In this document: positions 1 to 8,559 of the stretch, piece by piece
How positions within the stretch are numbered: position 1 is the first letter of the stretch
Layout of the letters: each line of letters begins with the position of its first letter
NCBI GenBank assembly: GCA_026416665.1
Contig: JAOAET010000051.1
Span: forward strand, 11,800-75,799
From: Candidatus Omnitrophota bacterium
Lineage (GTDB): Bacteria > Omnitrophota > Gorgyraeia > Gygaellales > Profunditerraquicolaceae
DNA: 64,000 nt
Reading direction: 5' to 3'
Made by a program: the position numbers and the translations under genes
The notes under the pieces: model-generated
Seen by the model: the letters and a program-made list of their open reading frames with translations, nothing else
Databases searched by the model: none
What the model was told of the DNA's origin: nothing

Positions 1-238
1 TAATCAAAAGCACCAAGACTAAAGGGTTGAGAAATTTGGAAAGTATCTGGATCAGGATAGTACGTTTCTTCTTTTTGGCTGGCTCGTTATAACCGTATTG
101 CTGAAGACGACTCTGAGCCTCTTGTTCGGTGAGGCCTTTGAAAGATGTGTTTAGTTTGGAAAAAAGAACTTCTTGTGGACAACTGATATAGTCAAAATCC
201 CAATTTTGTAATTTTTTGATTCCGTTCTTATTTCTCAT
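1..238 (-). CDS. N-terminus of a cation-transporting P-type ATPase (MgtA-like), truncated by window edge
   Basis: Manual translation from ATG 238: MRNKNGIKKLQNWDFDYISCPQEVLFSKLNTSFKGLTEQEAQSRLQQYGYNEPAKKKKRTILIQILSKFLNPLVLVLLI; GLT..EA..RL..YG.N and FLNPL are the Cation_ATPase_N pattern. Not in the ORF track. Confidence 0.85.
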   Translation of the reverse strand, partial: MRNKNGIKKLQNWDFDYISCPQEVLFSKLNTSFKGLTEQEAQSRLQQYGYNEPAKKKKRTILIQILSKFLNPLVLVLLI

Positions 239-356
239 AAGTATATTGACAATAAAAAAGATAAAACTTTTTTATCATCATTCTTGAAAGCCCTAAAAAC
301 AAACTTATCAATTCAATCTCTAAGCAGTTTGAGTTTCTGTTTTTACTTTAGCAGTT

Positions 357-384
357 ATTGTAAAGCAAAGAATATCTTTGTCAA
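357..384 (-). promoter_or_regulatory. Putative sigma70 promoter for the P-type ATPase
   Basis: TTGACA (384-379), 16 nt spacer, TACAAT (362-357) on minus strand. Confidence 0.5.
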
Positions 385-404
385 TAAATTTACAACTGTT
401 CCTT

Positions 405-440
405 TTTATTCTTTATTTCTCATTTATTCTTTATTTCTCA
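405..440. repeat. Perfect 18-bp tandem duplication
   Basis: tttattctttatttctca x2 (405-422, 423-440), intergenic. Confidence 0.85.
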
Positions 441-470
441 AAATTTAATCTCTTTGTTCTCAATTTTTGA

Positions 471-3092
471 TTATAAACTTGCGTTACCTGGAATAAGTTT
501 TAAAACCTCATCCCTCAGCTTCTTGGCGATTGTTTCGTAGTCCCCATTTAACTGTTGAGGATAAATTGGATGGCCAAAGATAACCTTTATTGGATGTGGC
601 CGAGGCAATTTCGCACTTCTTGGCCAAGAATAATGTGAACCTTGAATATATACAGGAACTACTGGGATACCTAACTCTTTTATTAAGATACCCACTCCTT
701 TTTTGAACTCTTTTACCTGTTTATCTATAGAACGCCTGCCCTCAGGAAATATACAAACAGTTTTCTTATGCGATAATACGAAAGAAACTGCCTGCATACC
801 TAAGGTTAAGTGGGTCTCAGTATCAATAGAAATTAAACGACATATCTTGATTGCCCAACTCAGTAAAGGATGTTCAAAAATACGTTGATATCCTACAAAG
901 TAAGTATTAATAGAAATCTTAAAAGGTAAACTTAAGAAAATAAATAACCCGTCTAGGTAACTGGCATGGTTTGGACAGATAAGATACGGTCCTTGTTTGG
1001 GCAGATTTTGACTACCTTGGCTTCTTAATAACCACAAGATTCTAAAAAGTAATAAAAAAATGTTTTTGATTACAAAAGTAATTACGGTCTCATAAAACCC
1101 AAAATCAATTTTTATCTTTTTAATTACCTCTTCTGGAGGCAATTCAGCTAAAATTTCCTTCCAATTTTTTTCTTTGGTTTTTGTATGTCTTGGATTTTTG
1201 TTTTGAATTAATTGCTCTAAATTTATAATGAGGTCTTTAACAGTAGCTACTTTATAGAGTAACTCATCAGGAATTTTTATCTTTAAAAGTGCTTCTAAAC
1301 CCAAACCAAGTTCTACTCTTGTTAGAGAGTCAATGCCAAGGTCAATTTCAAGGTGACTATTTAAATCCACAGGTTTTTTTATTTCCTCTGAAATATAACG
1401 AATTATTTTTTTAGCGATTTCTTTATTTAAAATCGCCAGTTCCTCTTCTGTATAAGATGCCTTTTCTTCTTTAACAGGCAAATTCTTTGACAAATATTTT
1501 TCTATTAACTGATAACGTTTAATCTTTCCCAAAGCAGTCCTAGGCAACTTTTCTTTGGTAAGGACAAACCCCATGATATGTTGATAAGAAGGAAGCTTCT
1601 TACTTAATGCCTCTAAATCCCAGCGTATTTTCTCACGGATATTTAATTCTCTTTTTTGCTTAAAATATTCTAAGTCTGGCACTATAACAGCAAAAAGCAA
1701 AACGCTAGGATAACCAAAGGTCTTTTCTGTCTTAGGGATAATAGCTATCTCTTTTATCCAAGGACTGGTTTGGTAATACTCTTCCAATTCCTCGGGATAG
1801 ATGTTCTTACCCGACGACAAAACAATAACTTCTTTTTCTCTACCTACAAGGAAAAGATATCCTTCCTTATCAATGTAACCTAAATCACCAGAATAAAACC
1901 AACCTTCTCTGATTGTGTCTGCGGTTAACTTTTCCTGTTTAAAATATCCTGCCATTACATTAGGGCCTTTAATCAATACCTGACCTATTGCCTTTTTATC
2001 AGGATTGGCTATCTTAATTTCTACATCAGGCAATGGCTTTCCTACAGAACCAAATTTTATTCTATTTGGTGGATTAATTGTCACTACTGGCGAGGTCTCA
2101 GTCAATCCGTAACCTTCAATTATTTTTAACCCTAAGGTTGTTAAACCTTTTCCGATATCCGGTTCCAAACGCGCCCCACCGCTTACTAATAACCGTAAAC
2201 TGCCGAATTTACTACGCAATCTTATCCTGACAAAAGGCAAAATCAAAGGTCTTAAGACAAAAGGAATATTTTGTATCTTCTCCATTATTGCCTTATGAAG
2301 AAGAGAAAAAATCTGCGGCACCCCTACCAAAATTGTGATCGAGGCCTCACTTATTATCTGAAAAATTTCTTGAGATTTAATATTTAAGGCATAGGTCACT
2401 TTAGCGCCTAAGAAAAGCGGAACAATCAAAGTTACCATAAAGGCATACGCATGATACAAAGGTAAAACAGAAAGAAAATTATCTGAAGGATAACAAAGAT
2501 TTAGTTTTTTAATACTAATAAAATTTGAGCAGATATTCTTGTGTGTAAGCATTACTGCCTTGGGTTTACCCGTTGTTCCTGAGGTATAAATAAGCGAAGC
2601 GATATCCTCAGGTTTGACTTCAGGCCAGTTAATATGTTCGTAAGAAACATTCTTTATTTTTTCCTTTACTTCCTCTGCATCCAAAACGATAGCTTCTGTT
2701 TTAGTTCCTACTATGGCCTGCTTTATTTTTTTACTAAAGAGGTCATTGCTGGTAAAAACAATCTTCGCACTACAATCCAGTATAATATTTCTTATCTCAT
2801 CTGGACTTAATTGGGGGTCTAAAGGCAAACAGGATAAACCTGCTTTCATTATCCCAAAATACACTGTAGCCCACTCAGGACAGTTCTCTAAAATTAAACA
2901 GGCAAAATCCCCTTTTTTCAGGCCTTTTTCTCTGATCAAGAATCCAGCTAATTTTAAGGACAGGTCTTCTAATTGTTTGTAAGTCCATTTTTCCCAAACT
3001 GAGCCTTTTTTTATTTGAAAACACACCTGCTGAGGAAAATTTCGGACTGTCTTGCTAAAAAATTCAGTGATAACTAAATTCTCTTCATTCAT
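471..3092 (-). CDS. Acyl-AMP ligase / acyl carrier / PlsC-type acyltransferase tri-domain protein (Aas-like)
   Basis: YTSGTTGKPK and GYGLTE adenylation motifs; DLGIDSL phosphopantetheine site; NHASYLD and FPEGRRS acyltransferase motifs. Start placed at ATG 3092 (ATGA overlap with upstream stop). Confidence 0.9.
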   Translation of the reverse strand: MNEENLVITEFFSKTVRNFPQQVCFQIKKGSVWEKWTYKQLEDLSLKLAGFLIREKGLKKGDFACLILENCPEWATVYFGIMKAGLSCLPLDPQLSPDEIRNIILDCSAKIVFTSNDLFSKKIKQAIVGTKTEAIVLDAEEVKEKIKNVSYEHINWPEVKPEDIASLIYTSGTTGKPKAVMLTHKNICSNFISIKKLNLCYPSDNFLSVLPLYHAYAFMVTLIVPLFLGAKVTYALNIKSQEIFQIISEASITILVGVPQIFSLLHKAIMEKIQNIPFVLRPLILPFVRIRLRSKFGSLRLLVSGGARLEPDIGKGLTTLGLKIIEGYGLTETSPVVTINPPNRIKFGSVGKPLPDVEIKIANPDKKAIGQVLIKGPNVMAGYFKQEKLTADTIREGWFYSGDLGYIDKEGYLFLVGREKEVIVLSSGKNIYPEELEEYYQTSPWIKEIAIIPKTEKTFGYPSVLLFAVIVPDLEYFKQKRELNIREKIRWDLEALSKKLPSYQHIMGFVLTKEKLPRTALGKIKRYQLIEKYLSKNLPVKEEKASYTEEELAILNKEIAKKIIRYISEEIKKPVDLNSHLEIDLGIDSLTRVELGLGLEALLKIKIPDELLYKVATVKDLIINLEQLIQNKNPRHTKTKEKNWKEILAELPPEEVIKKIKIDFGFYETVITFVIKNIFLLLFRILWLLRSQGSQNLPKQGPYLICPNHASYLDGLFIFLSLPFKISINTYFVGYQRIFEHPLLSWAIKICRLISIDTETHLTLGMQAVSFVLSHKKTVCIFPEGRRSIDKQVKEFKKGVGILIKELGIPVVPVYIQGSHYSWPRSAKLPRPHPIKVIFGHPIYPQQLNGDYETIAKKLRDEVLKLIPGNASL

Positions 3093-3895
3093 TTTAGATG
3101 GCGTTTTAGAAAGTCTGAGATTTTCAGCATACACTCTTGATTGTAAATGTAGAAGGCATCATTATGTCCACCTTGCATAACATACAACTCTTTTGGTTCT
3201 TTAGCTGCTGTAAAGAGCATCTGGGCATGTTTAAATGGCACAATCTCATCATTTTTACTGTGAATAAAAAGTTTAGGCATGGTGATTGTGCCTACTTTTT
3301 TTAGCGAGTCGTATTTTTGCGTTACAAAAAGCCACAGAGGAATAAATTTATAGATATCTTTGGCTAAGTTGACAATAGAGGAAAAACCACTTTCAGAAAT
3401 AAGTGCTCCTGCTTTTACCTTGCTTGCCAAATCAATAGCTACTGCTGCACCTAAGGATTTTCCGTAAAGCACGATTTTTTCAGGCGGTATTCTTTTTGTC
3501 TTGACCAGATATTCATAGGCAGCTATTGCATCTAAATATGTTCCTAATTCAGATGGGCTACCTTGACTTCTTCCAAACCCGCGGTAGTCAAAGATAAAAA
3601 AACTAAAGTTTCTTTCATTAAATAATTTAGCTACTTCTATACGGTGGCTGATATTGCCAGCATTTCCGTGAAAATAAAGAACCACTATATCCTGATTTTG
3701 TGCAGGAATAAACCAACCGTTTAGGATAAGACCGTCTTGTGTTTTAAAAAATATATCTTCATAATTTAAGCCTCTACCTAATGGTGTAAATTCTATAGTT
3801 TTTTCAGGATAAAAGATTGATTTATATTCAAATATTCTCATATATATAAGAAAAAGTGATACTAAAATAATTAAAAGAATAACTTTTCTTAACAT
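3089..3895 (-). CDS. Membrane-anchored alpha/beta hydrolase (ABHD13/YfhR-like)
   Basis: N-terminal hydrophobic helix, FHGNAG, DYRGFG, GKSLG nucleophile elbow, DEIVP, GGHN. Confidence 0.9.
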   Translation of the reverse strand: MLRKVILLIILVSLFLIYMRIFEYKSIFYPEKTIEFTPLGRGLNYEDIFFKTQDGLILNGWFIPAQNQDIVVLYFHGNAGNISHRIEVAKLFNERNFSFFIFDYRGFGRSQGSPSELGTYLDAIAAYEYLVKTKRIPPEKIVLYGKSLGAAVAIDLASKVKAGALISESGFSSIVNLAKDIYKFIPLWLFVTQKYDSLKKVGTITMPKLFIHSKNDEIVPFKHAQMLFTAAKEPKELYVMQGGHNDAFYIYNQECMLKISDFLKRHLK

Positions 3896-4243
3896 TCTCT
3901 GCTGTGCTTATCTGGGGCAAAGTAAAAACAAAAATACTACTTTAATCCTCCAGCATCACGCCTGCCCGTAAATTCCTCTAATCAGTATTTATTCTCTCAG
4001 GAACTTCCCAGAAGAATGGTAATAATCTTTACCGTGTGCACAAAGATAAAACCTGAAACTTCACCAATACAGTCAACAATATATCCTACCTAAAATGACA
4101 AAAATTCGAAAGAAACAAACCGATTGTCTAAGTTTCATTTAATCTAAAAACGCACCTTATATAACCAGATATATAAAAAATAAATACCTTTACTAAACAT
4201 AAATCCCTAAATAACGTAAGTAAATTCAGAACCCCTTTTCTCT

Positions 4244-5845
4244 CTATTCATTAAAAAGGATTTTCATAACTGTAGATAAATCCGTTACCAGTTTTTGTAT
4301 AGATGTATAATCTAACTTTTCATAGGTGTCTTCTGGTGTATGGTAATAAGGATTACGACAAAAGGCTGTATCGGTTAACATTATGGCTTGGTAGCCAAAT
4401 CTCCAAAAGGACCAATGGTCAGAGAAGCTTATTTCTGGTATTAAAAAAATTGGGGCAACTAAAAACTCTATCGGCAAACTTGACTGTTTCTTAAATTCCC
4501 TGACTATCTTCTTCAAAAAACCTGAAGAACGAAGATTACTTATTGACGCGATAAAATTTCCCTTATCAGGATAGTAATATCTGAAGAGCCTTGTAGGATA
4601 GTTCTGTGAATTTCTTTTATTTGAATAATAACCTATAGACTCTAAACATATAACCCCTACAATATTATCCCCTCTTTTTTTTGCTTCTTGTGCGTATTGG
4701 AAACTGCCCATATCCTTAGTCATAAAAAAAGGTGGCTCTTCATTGGTAAAAGCAATAAATTTTATAGTTTGTTTGATTTCTTCTGGTGATAAAATCCTGG
4801 CTATTTCAAGAAGCCCAGCTACTCCAGAGGCATTATCATCTGCTCCGACAGAACCGATTACTGAATCATAATGAGCACACACAATGAGAATTTTCTCAGG
4901 GTGCACTTTACCTATTTTAGTAGCAATAATATTTCTATAAATTTTTCCTTCCAGGGAATAAACCTGCTCTTGTGGTTGGTAGCCATAATTCTTAAATTCT
5001 TGTTTTATATAATCAGCTGCTTGCTCTAAGTTTTGGTGGTGGCTAAAATTTCTCTCGCCTATATCTATTGATAGAAATTTAACATGTTTTTTTAGATTAT
5101 CATGTATTATTTGCTCTTGATACGTGTCTTTAGTCTGGTCTGTCTTAGCCCTTATCATCGGAACAAATCTCACGGGAATAATATTACTAATCACAATCTT
5201 GCCATTTTCCTTTTTGACTAATTTTAATTCTTGATAGTCAGCTCCTACGGGAATAACTAATCTTCCACCTTCAGCCAGTTGCTCTATCAAGGGCTTCGGG
5301 ATATCTTCTGCAGCGCAGGTAACTATAATCGCATCAAAAGGAGCCTGCTCGGGCCATCCCAGAAAACCATCTGCACATTTAACGTGGATATTTTTGTAAC
5401 CTAAATCTGTAAGTAATCTCTCTGCACGCTCTGCCAAAGGTTTTAATATCTCTATGGTATAAACCTGGTGGCTTAACTCTGCTAAAATCGCTGCTTGGTA
5501 TCCAGACCCAGTGCCTATCTCAAGTACCTTCTGGTTACCTTTCAACTCAAGAAGCTCGGTCATCAATGCTACAATATAGGGTTGGGAGATAGTCTGACCT
5601 TCACCAATCGGCAGTGGTGTGTCATCGTAAGCAAAAGGTCTAAATAACTCAGGGACAAATAAATGTCTTTTTACTTTACGCATTGCCTCTAAAACAGGCG
5701 TATCTTTTATGCCCCGCGCTTGTATCTGTTCTATTACCATCTTCTCTCTTTGCCGGTCAAAGTCCTGACACCAGACATTTCTGTTTAAAGTTAGAGAAAA
5801 CATACTGATAAACACCAATAGTTCTGCTTTTTGTTTAAGCTGCAT
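4244..5845 (-). CDS. pcm: Protein-L-isoaspartate O-methyltransferase fused to M28 family metallopeptidase
   Basis: N-half: [34 protein letters not shown]; C-half: [25 protein letters not shown]. Confidence 0.9.
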   Translation of the reverse strand: MQLKQKAELLVFISMFSLTLNRNVWCQDFDRQREKMVIEQIQARGIKDTPVLEAMRKVKRHLFVPELFRPFAYDDTPLPIGEGQTISQPYIVALMTELLELKGNQKVLEIGTGSGYQAAILAELSHQVYTIEILKPLAERAERLLTDLGYKNIHVKCADGFLGWPEQAPFDAIIVTCAAEDIPKPLIEQLAEGGRLVIPVGADYQELKLVKKENGKIVISNIIPVRFVPMIRAKTDQTKDTYQEQIIHDNLKKHVKFLSIDIGERNFSHHQNLEQAADYIKQEFKNYGYQPQEQVYSLEGKIYRNIIATKIGKVHPEKILIVCAHYDSVIGSVGADDNASGVAGLLEIARILSPEEIKQTIKFIAFTNEEPPFFMTKDMGSFQYAQEAKKRGDNIVGVICLESIGYYSNKRNSQNYPTRLFRYYYPDKGNFIASISNLRSSGFLKKIVREFKKQSSLPIEFLVAPIFLIPEISFSDHWSFWRFGYQAIMLTDTAFCRNPYYHTPEDTYEKLDYTSIQKLVTDLSTVMKILFNE

Positions 5846-5902
5846 CTTGTGGTCAAATAATATTCTAAGTCCAAAACTGTATTTCAGAAATTTTATTTTG
5901 TT

Positions 5903-6604
5903 TTATTTTCTTTTACCTACTGGCATTATATATAGCGGTTCTTCTTTTATATTTAAGACCTTTTTTACTGCCTCATCTACAAATGCACCAACAGCTACAG
6001 TGGCAAGACCTAAAGATTCTGCCTGAAGATAGATATTTTGTCCAACATGTCCTGCCTCAATATGAACATATCTTTCTCCTCGTTCTCCGTACTTTTGCTT
6101 TGTTCTTTCATACTGGGCACAAATAACCAAGCTTACGGGCGCATTTTTTACGGCAGTTTGAAAAAGAGAGCTAGCAGATAAAGCAAGTCGCTTATCACCA
6201 TCAACGATTTTAATAAGCGAATGTCTTTTGGGATTATATTGATAAACCCCTGTTGTTAATTTTTCTACATTACCAACCACTAAATAAATCTCTAAAGGAT
6301 AAAGAGCACCTGCAGAAGGAACAGCCCTACCACCCCATTTAGTAGTAATTCCTTGTGCTGACCAGAGAAGTTGTGCAACCTCCTCTAAACTTAAGGGGGC
6401 ATCTTTATATTCCCTTACCGACCTTCTTTTAAAAATAGCCTGCTCTACTGAAAGTTTACCTGTTGTCTGAATTGCTGGAAGTTTTATCTCTTCTTTACTT
6501 TCACTTTCTGCTAAAATTATTCCTTTATTTTTTAGAAAATAACCAACAGAAAGTAATTCTGCAAACATAATTACGCTTGCAATAACTAAAAAATATTTCT
6601 TCAT
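5903..6604 (-). CDS. SagB/ThcOx-family nitroreductase-fold flavoprotein
   Basis: RRSVREY, PSAGALYPLE, EAGHVGQN; N-terminal hydrophobic segment. Confidence 0.9.
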   Translation of the reverse strand: MKKYFLVIASVIMFAELLSVGYFLKNKGIILAESESKEEIKLPAIQTTGKLSVEQAIFKRRSVREYKDAPLSLEEVAQLLWSAQGITTKWGGRAVPSAGALYPLEIYLVVGNVEKLTTGVYQYNPKRHSLIKIVDGDKRLALSASSLFQTAVKNAPVSLVICAQYERTKQKYGERGERYVHIEAGHVGQNIYLQAESLGLATVAVGAFVDEAVKKVLNIKEEPLYIMPVGKRK

Positions 6605-6620
6605 TCTTCTTCCTCCATTA

Positions 6621-7562
6621 TCACCATCCTTGAATATCCAAATTAGTAAGACCCATTTGTTTTGCCCATCTTATAACTTCTTGATACTCCTGTTTTGTAA
6701 TTCTGCGGGCAATCTCAGGATAAAGATAAGCTTGGTGGCAAGGTGTATACTGGGACATAATGTTAAGGTAGGTATCCTTAGGTAAATTATTTGCTATCCA
6801 TTCAATAATTTCCTTTGTCCCTGCTACCCTATTAGGCATAACCAGGTGCCGTATCATCAGTCCACGGTAAATTAAGTTATCTTCCGTAAGTTTTGCTACG
6901 CCCACTTGGCGATGCATCTTAAGAATTGCTTCTCTTGTGACTTCAGCATAATCTTTTACTTGAGGTAAATGCCTCTGGGAAAACTCGTTATCCCAATATT
7001 TAAAATCTGGAAGATAAATATCTACTACCCCGTCCAAGTAATTTAGTATCTCTCCACGCTCCCAACCGCAGCTGTTATAAACAATGGGTAATCGTAAACC
7101 TTTACCCACCGCAATATCTAAAGCAAAAAGAATATGCGCTAAATAATGTGTAGGCGTAACCAGGTTAATATTATGACATCCTATCTTTTGTAATCTTAAC
7201 ATCATCTCTGCTAATTCTTCTATACTTATTGCCTCTGCTTCTTCTCCCTGACTAATCTGCCAGTTTATACAGAAAACGCACCTTAAAGCACAATGTGCAA
7301 AGAATATAGTCCCTGAACCACCCGTACCAACAAGAGGTCTTTCCTCACCAAAATGCGGATGGAATGAAGAGACCATCAACTGAGAATTTGCCTGACAAAA
7401 CCCTTTCTTTCCAGCAAGTCGGTCTACTTTACACTGTCGCGGACAGAGCCTGCAACTTTTCATTATATCCCAGAGTCTTTGGGCACGTTTTGCAAGTTCT
7501 CCAGTTCTGTGTAGTTTTAAATAACCTGGCTCAAAATTTAACTTAGCAATGTCTTTGTCCAT
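6621..7562 (-). CDS. Radical SAM protein, PflX-like
   Basis: CRLCPRQC N-terminal motif, HFGEE, GSGTIFF, CALRCVFC (CxxxCxxC), NINLVTP, YLPDFKY, RHLVMP. Confidence 0.9.
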   Translation of the reverse strand: MDKDIAKLNFEPGYLKLHRTGELAKRAQRLWDIMKSCRLCPRQCKVDRLAGKKGFCQANSQLMVSSFHPHFGEERPLVGTGGSGTIFFAHCALRCVFCINWQISQGEEAEAISIEELAEMMLRLQKIGCHNINLVTPTHYLAHILFALDIAVGKGLRLPIVYNSCGWERGEILNYLDGVVDIYLPDFKYWDNEFSQRHLPQVKDYAEVTREAILKMHRQVGVAKLTEDNLIYRGLMIRHLVMPNRVAGTKEIIEWIANNLPKDTYLNIMSQYTPCHQAYLYPEIARRITKQEYQEVIRWAKQMGLTNLDIQGW

Positions 7563-7996
7563 AAAAAAGCTTTATCTTTTATCTTAAAAAGCACTCCTAT
7601 AGTAAAACATGCTTAATCTACCAAAAACATAAAAAAGTCAAACAATATTATTTTGGTTAATTTAGATAGGAAACCTCTAAAACATTTTTAAAACTATCGT
7701 TAAACTTCCTATTTAGACTTAGAATTTTTTCTAAAAATAGTTTTTACAAATTAAAAATTTTTTATTTGTAATTTCTTTCTTCTATCGGAGAGAAAACAGG
7801 ATTGCTTCCTACAAAAAAGACGTTGTCAGGGATGAGATAAAATTCAGTTTAAAAATATTTTACCAAAACAACATTTATAGCCAGAATAAGAAACAGAGTT
7901 CTTGCTTTAACGATACTGGCAATTATTTTCTATGCCAACAGGAGGCTTCTCCACCCTTCAAGCACTCTTTTTAGGAAAGTTAATTCTACTGTATTA

Positions 7997-8150
7997 GGTG
8001 ATTATAAATGATTTAGCACGAAATTACAGAAATAACTAACCAATAAATCAAAGATATCTTTATGATACCTGTGATTATATCTAAATTCAAGTTCTTTAAG
8101 ATAAAGAGGTAATCTTTCTTTAGATAACCCATGAAACTTTATAAGTTTTT
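7997..8150 (-). mobile_element. IS1595-family transposase C-terminal remnant (frameshifted) with probable right end
   Basis: Minus strand reads KLIKFHGLSKERLPL / YLKELEFRYNHRYHKDIFDLL / SYFCNFVLNHL* across two frameshifts; YLxExEFRYN is the IS1595 C-terminal catalytic motif; ends TAATCACC. Confidence 0.75.
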
Positions 8151-8174
8151 CTAAAGTTGTGGTCTGCATAGCAT

Positions 8175-8204
8175 AAAAAACCTCCGCTTTTTTAAGCGAA
8201 GGTT
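8175..8204 (-). terminator. Rho-independent terminator-like hairpin downstream of tRNA-His
   Basis: AACCTTCGCTT-AAAA-AAGCGGAGGTT followed by a U-tract on the minus strand (11 bp, one GU pair). Confidence 0.65.
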
Positions 8205-8384
8205 ACTTATTTTTATGTGAAGTTTCCCACTTTGAATTCACCACTAAATAATTTATTTCTATTAACAGGCAAAATGGTATCATTAAAGCATATCTTTATC
8301 AATTTTTTCTTGTATAAATATTAATATGTTAAATACTAAACAACCACCTTTTTTAAATGAAAAGCTCTTTAATTTTCAAAGATT

Positions 8385-8462
8385 TGGGGTGGCTGAGGGG
8401 GCTCGAACCCCCAACCCTCAGAGCCACAGTCTGATGCTCTAGCCAGTTGAGCTACAGCCACC
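8385..8462 (-). tRNA. tRNA-His (GTG), with G-1 and encoded CCA
   Basis: GGTGGCTGTAGCTCAACTGGCTAGAGCATCAGACTGTGGCTCTGAGGGTTGGGGGTTCGAGCCCCCTCAGCCACCCCA folds as a cloverleaf. Confidence 0.97.
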
Positions 8463-8559
8463 ACAATTTTATCCTACAAATTGTTCAATAGAGATTACAA
8501 AAAAATTTATTTTATCTTATGAGTTAATATTTTTCAATAACAAAAAACCTTTATCTGTG

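Noticed and set aside
471-3092. NRPS module
   Set aside because: No condensation or thioesterase domain; adenylation domain is of the long-chain acyl-CoA synthetase type and the last domain is PlsC-like.
5903-7562. Classical thiazole/oxazole (TOMM) RiPP cluster
   Set aside because: No YcaO cyclodehydratase, precursor peptide or exporter visible; stand-alone SagB-like proteins are common.
7770-7990. Short open frames between the radical SAM gene and the IS remnant
   Set aside because: No convincing start/SD or recognisable motif in any frame.
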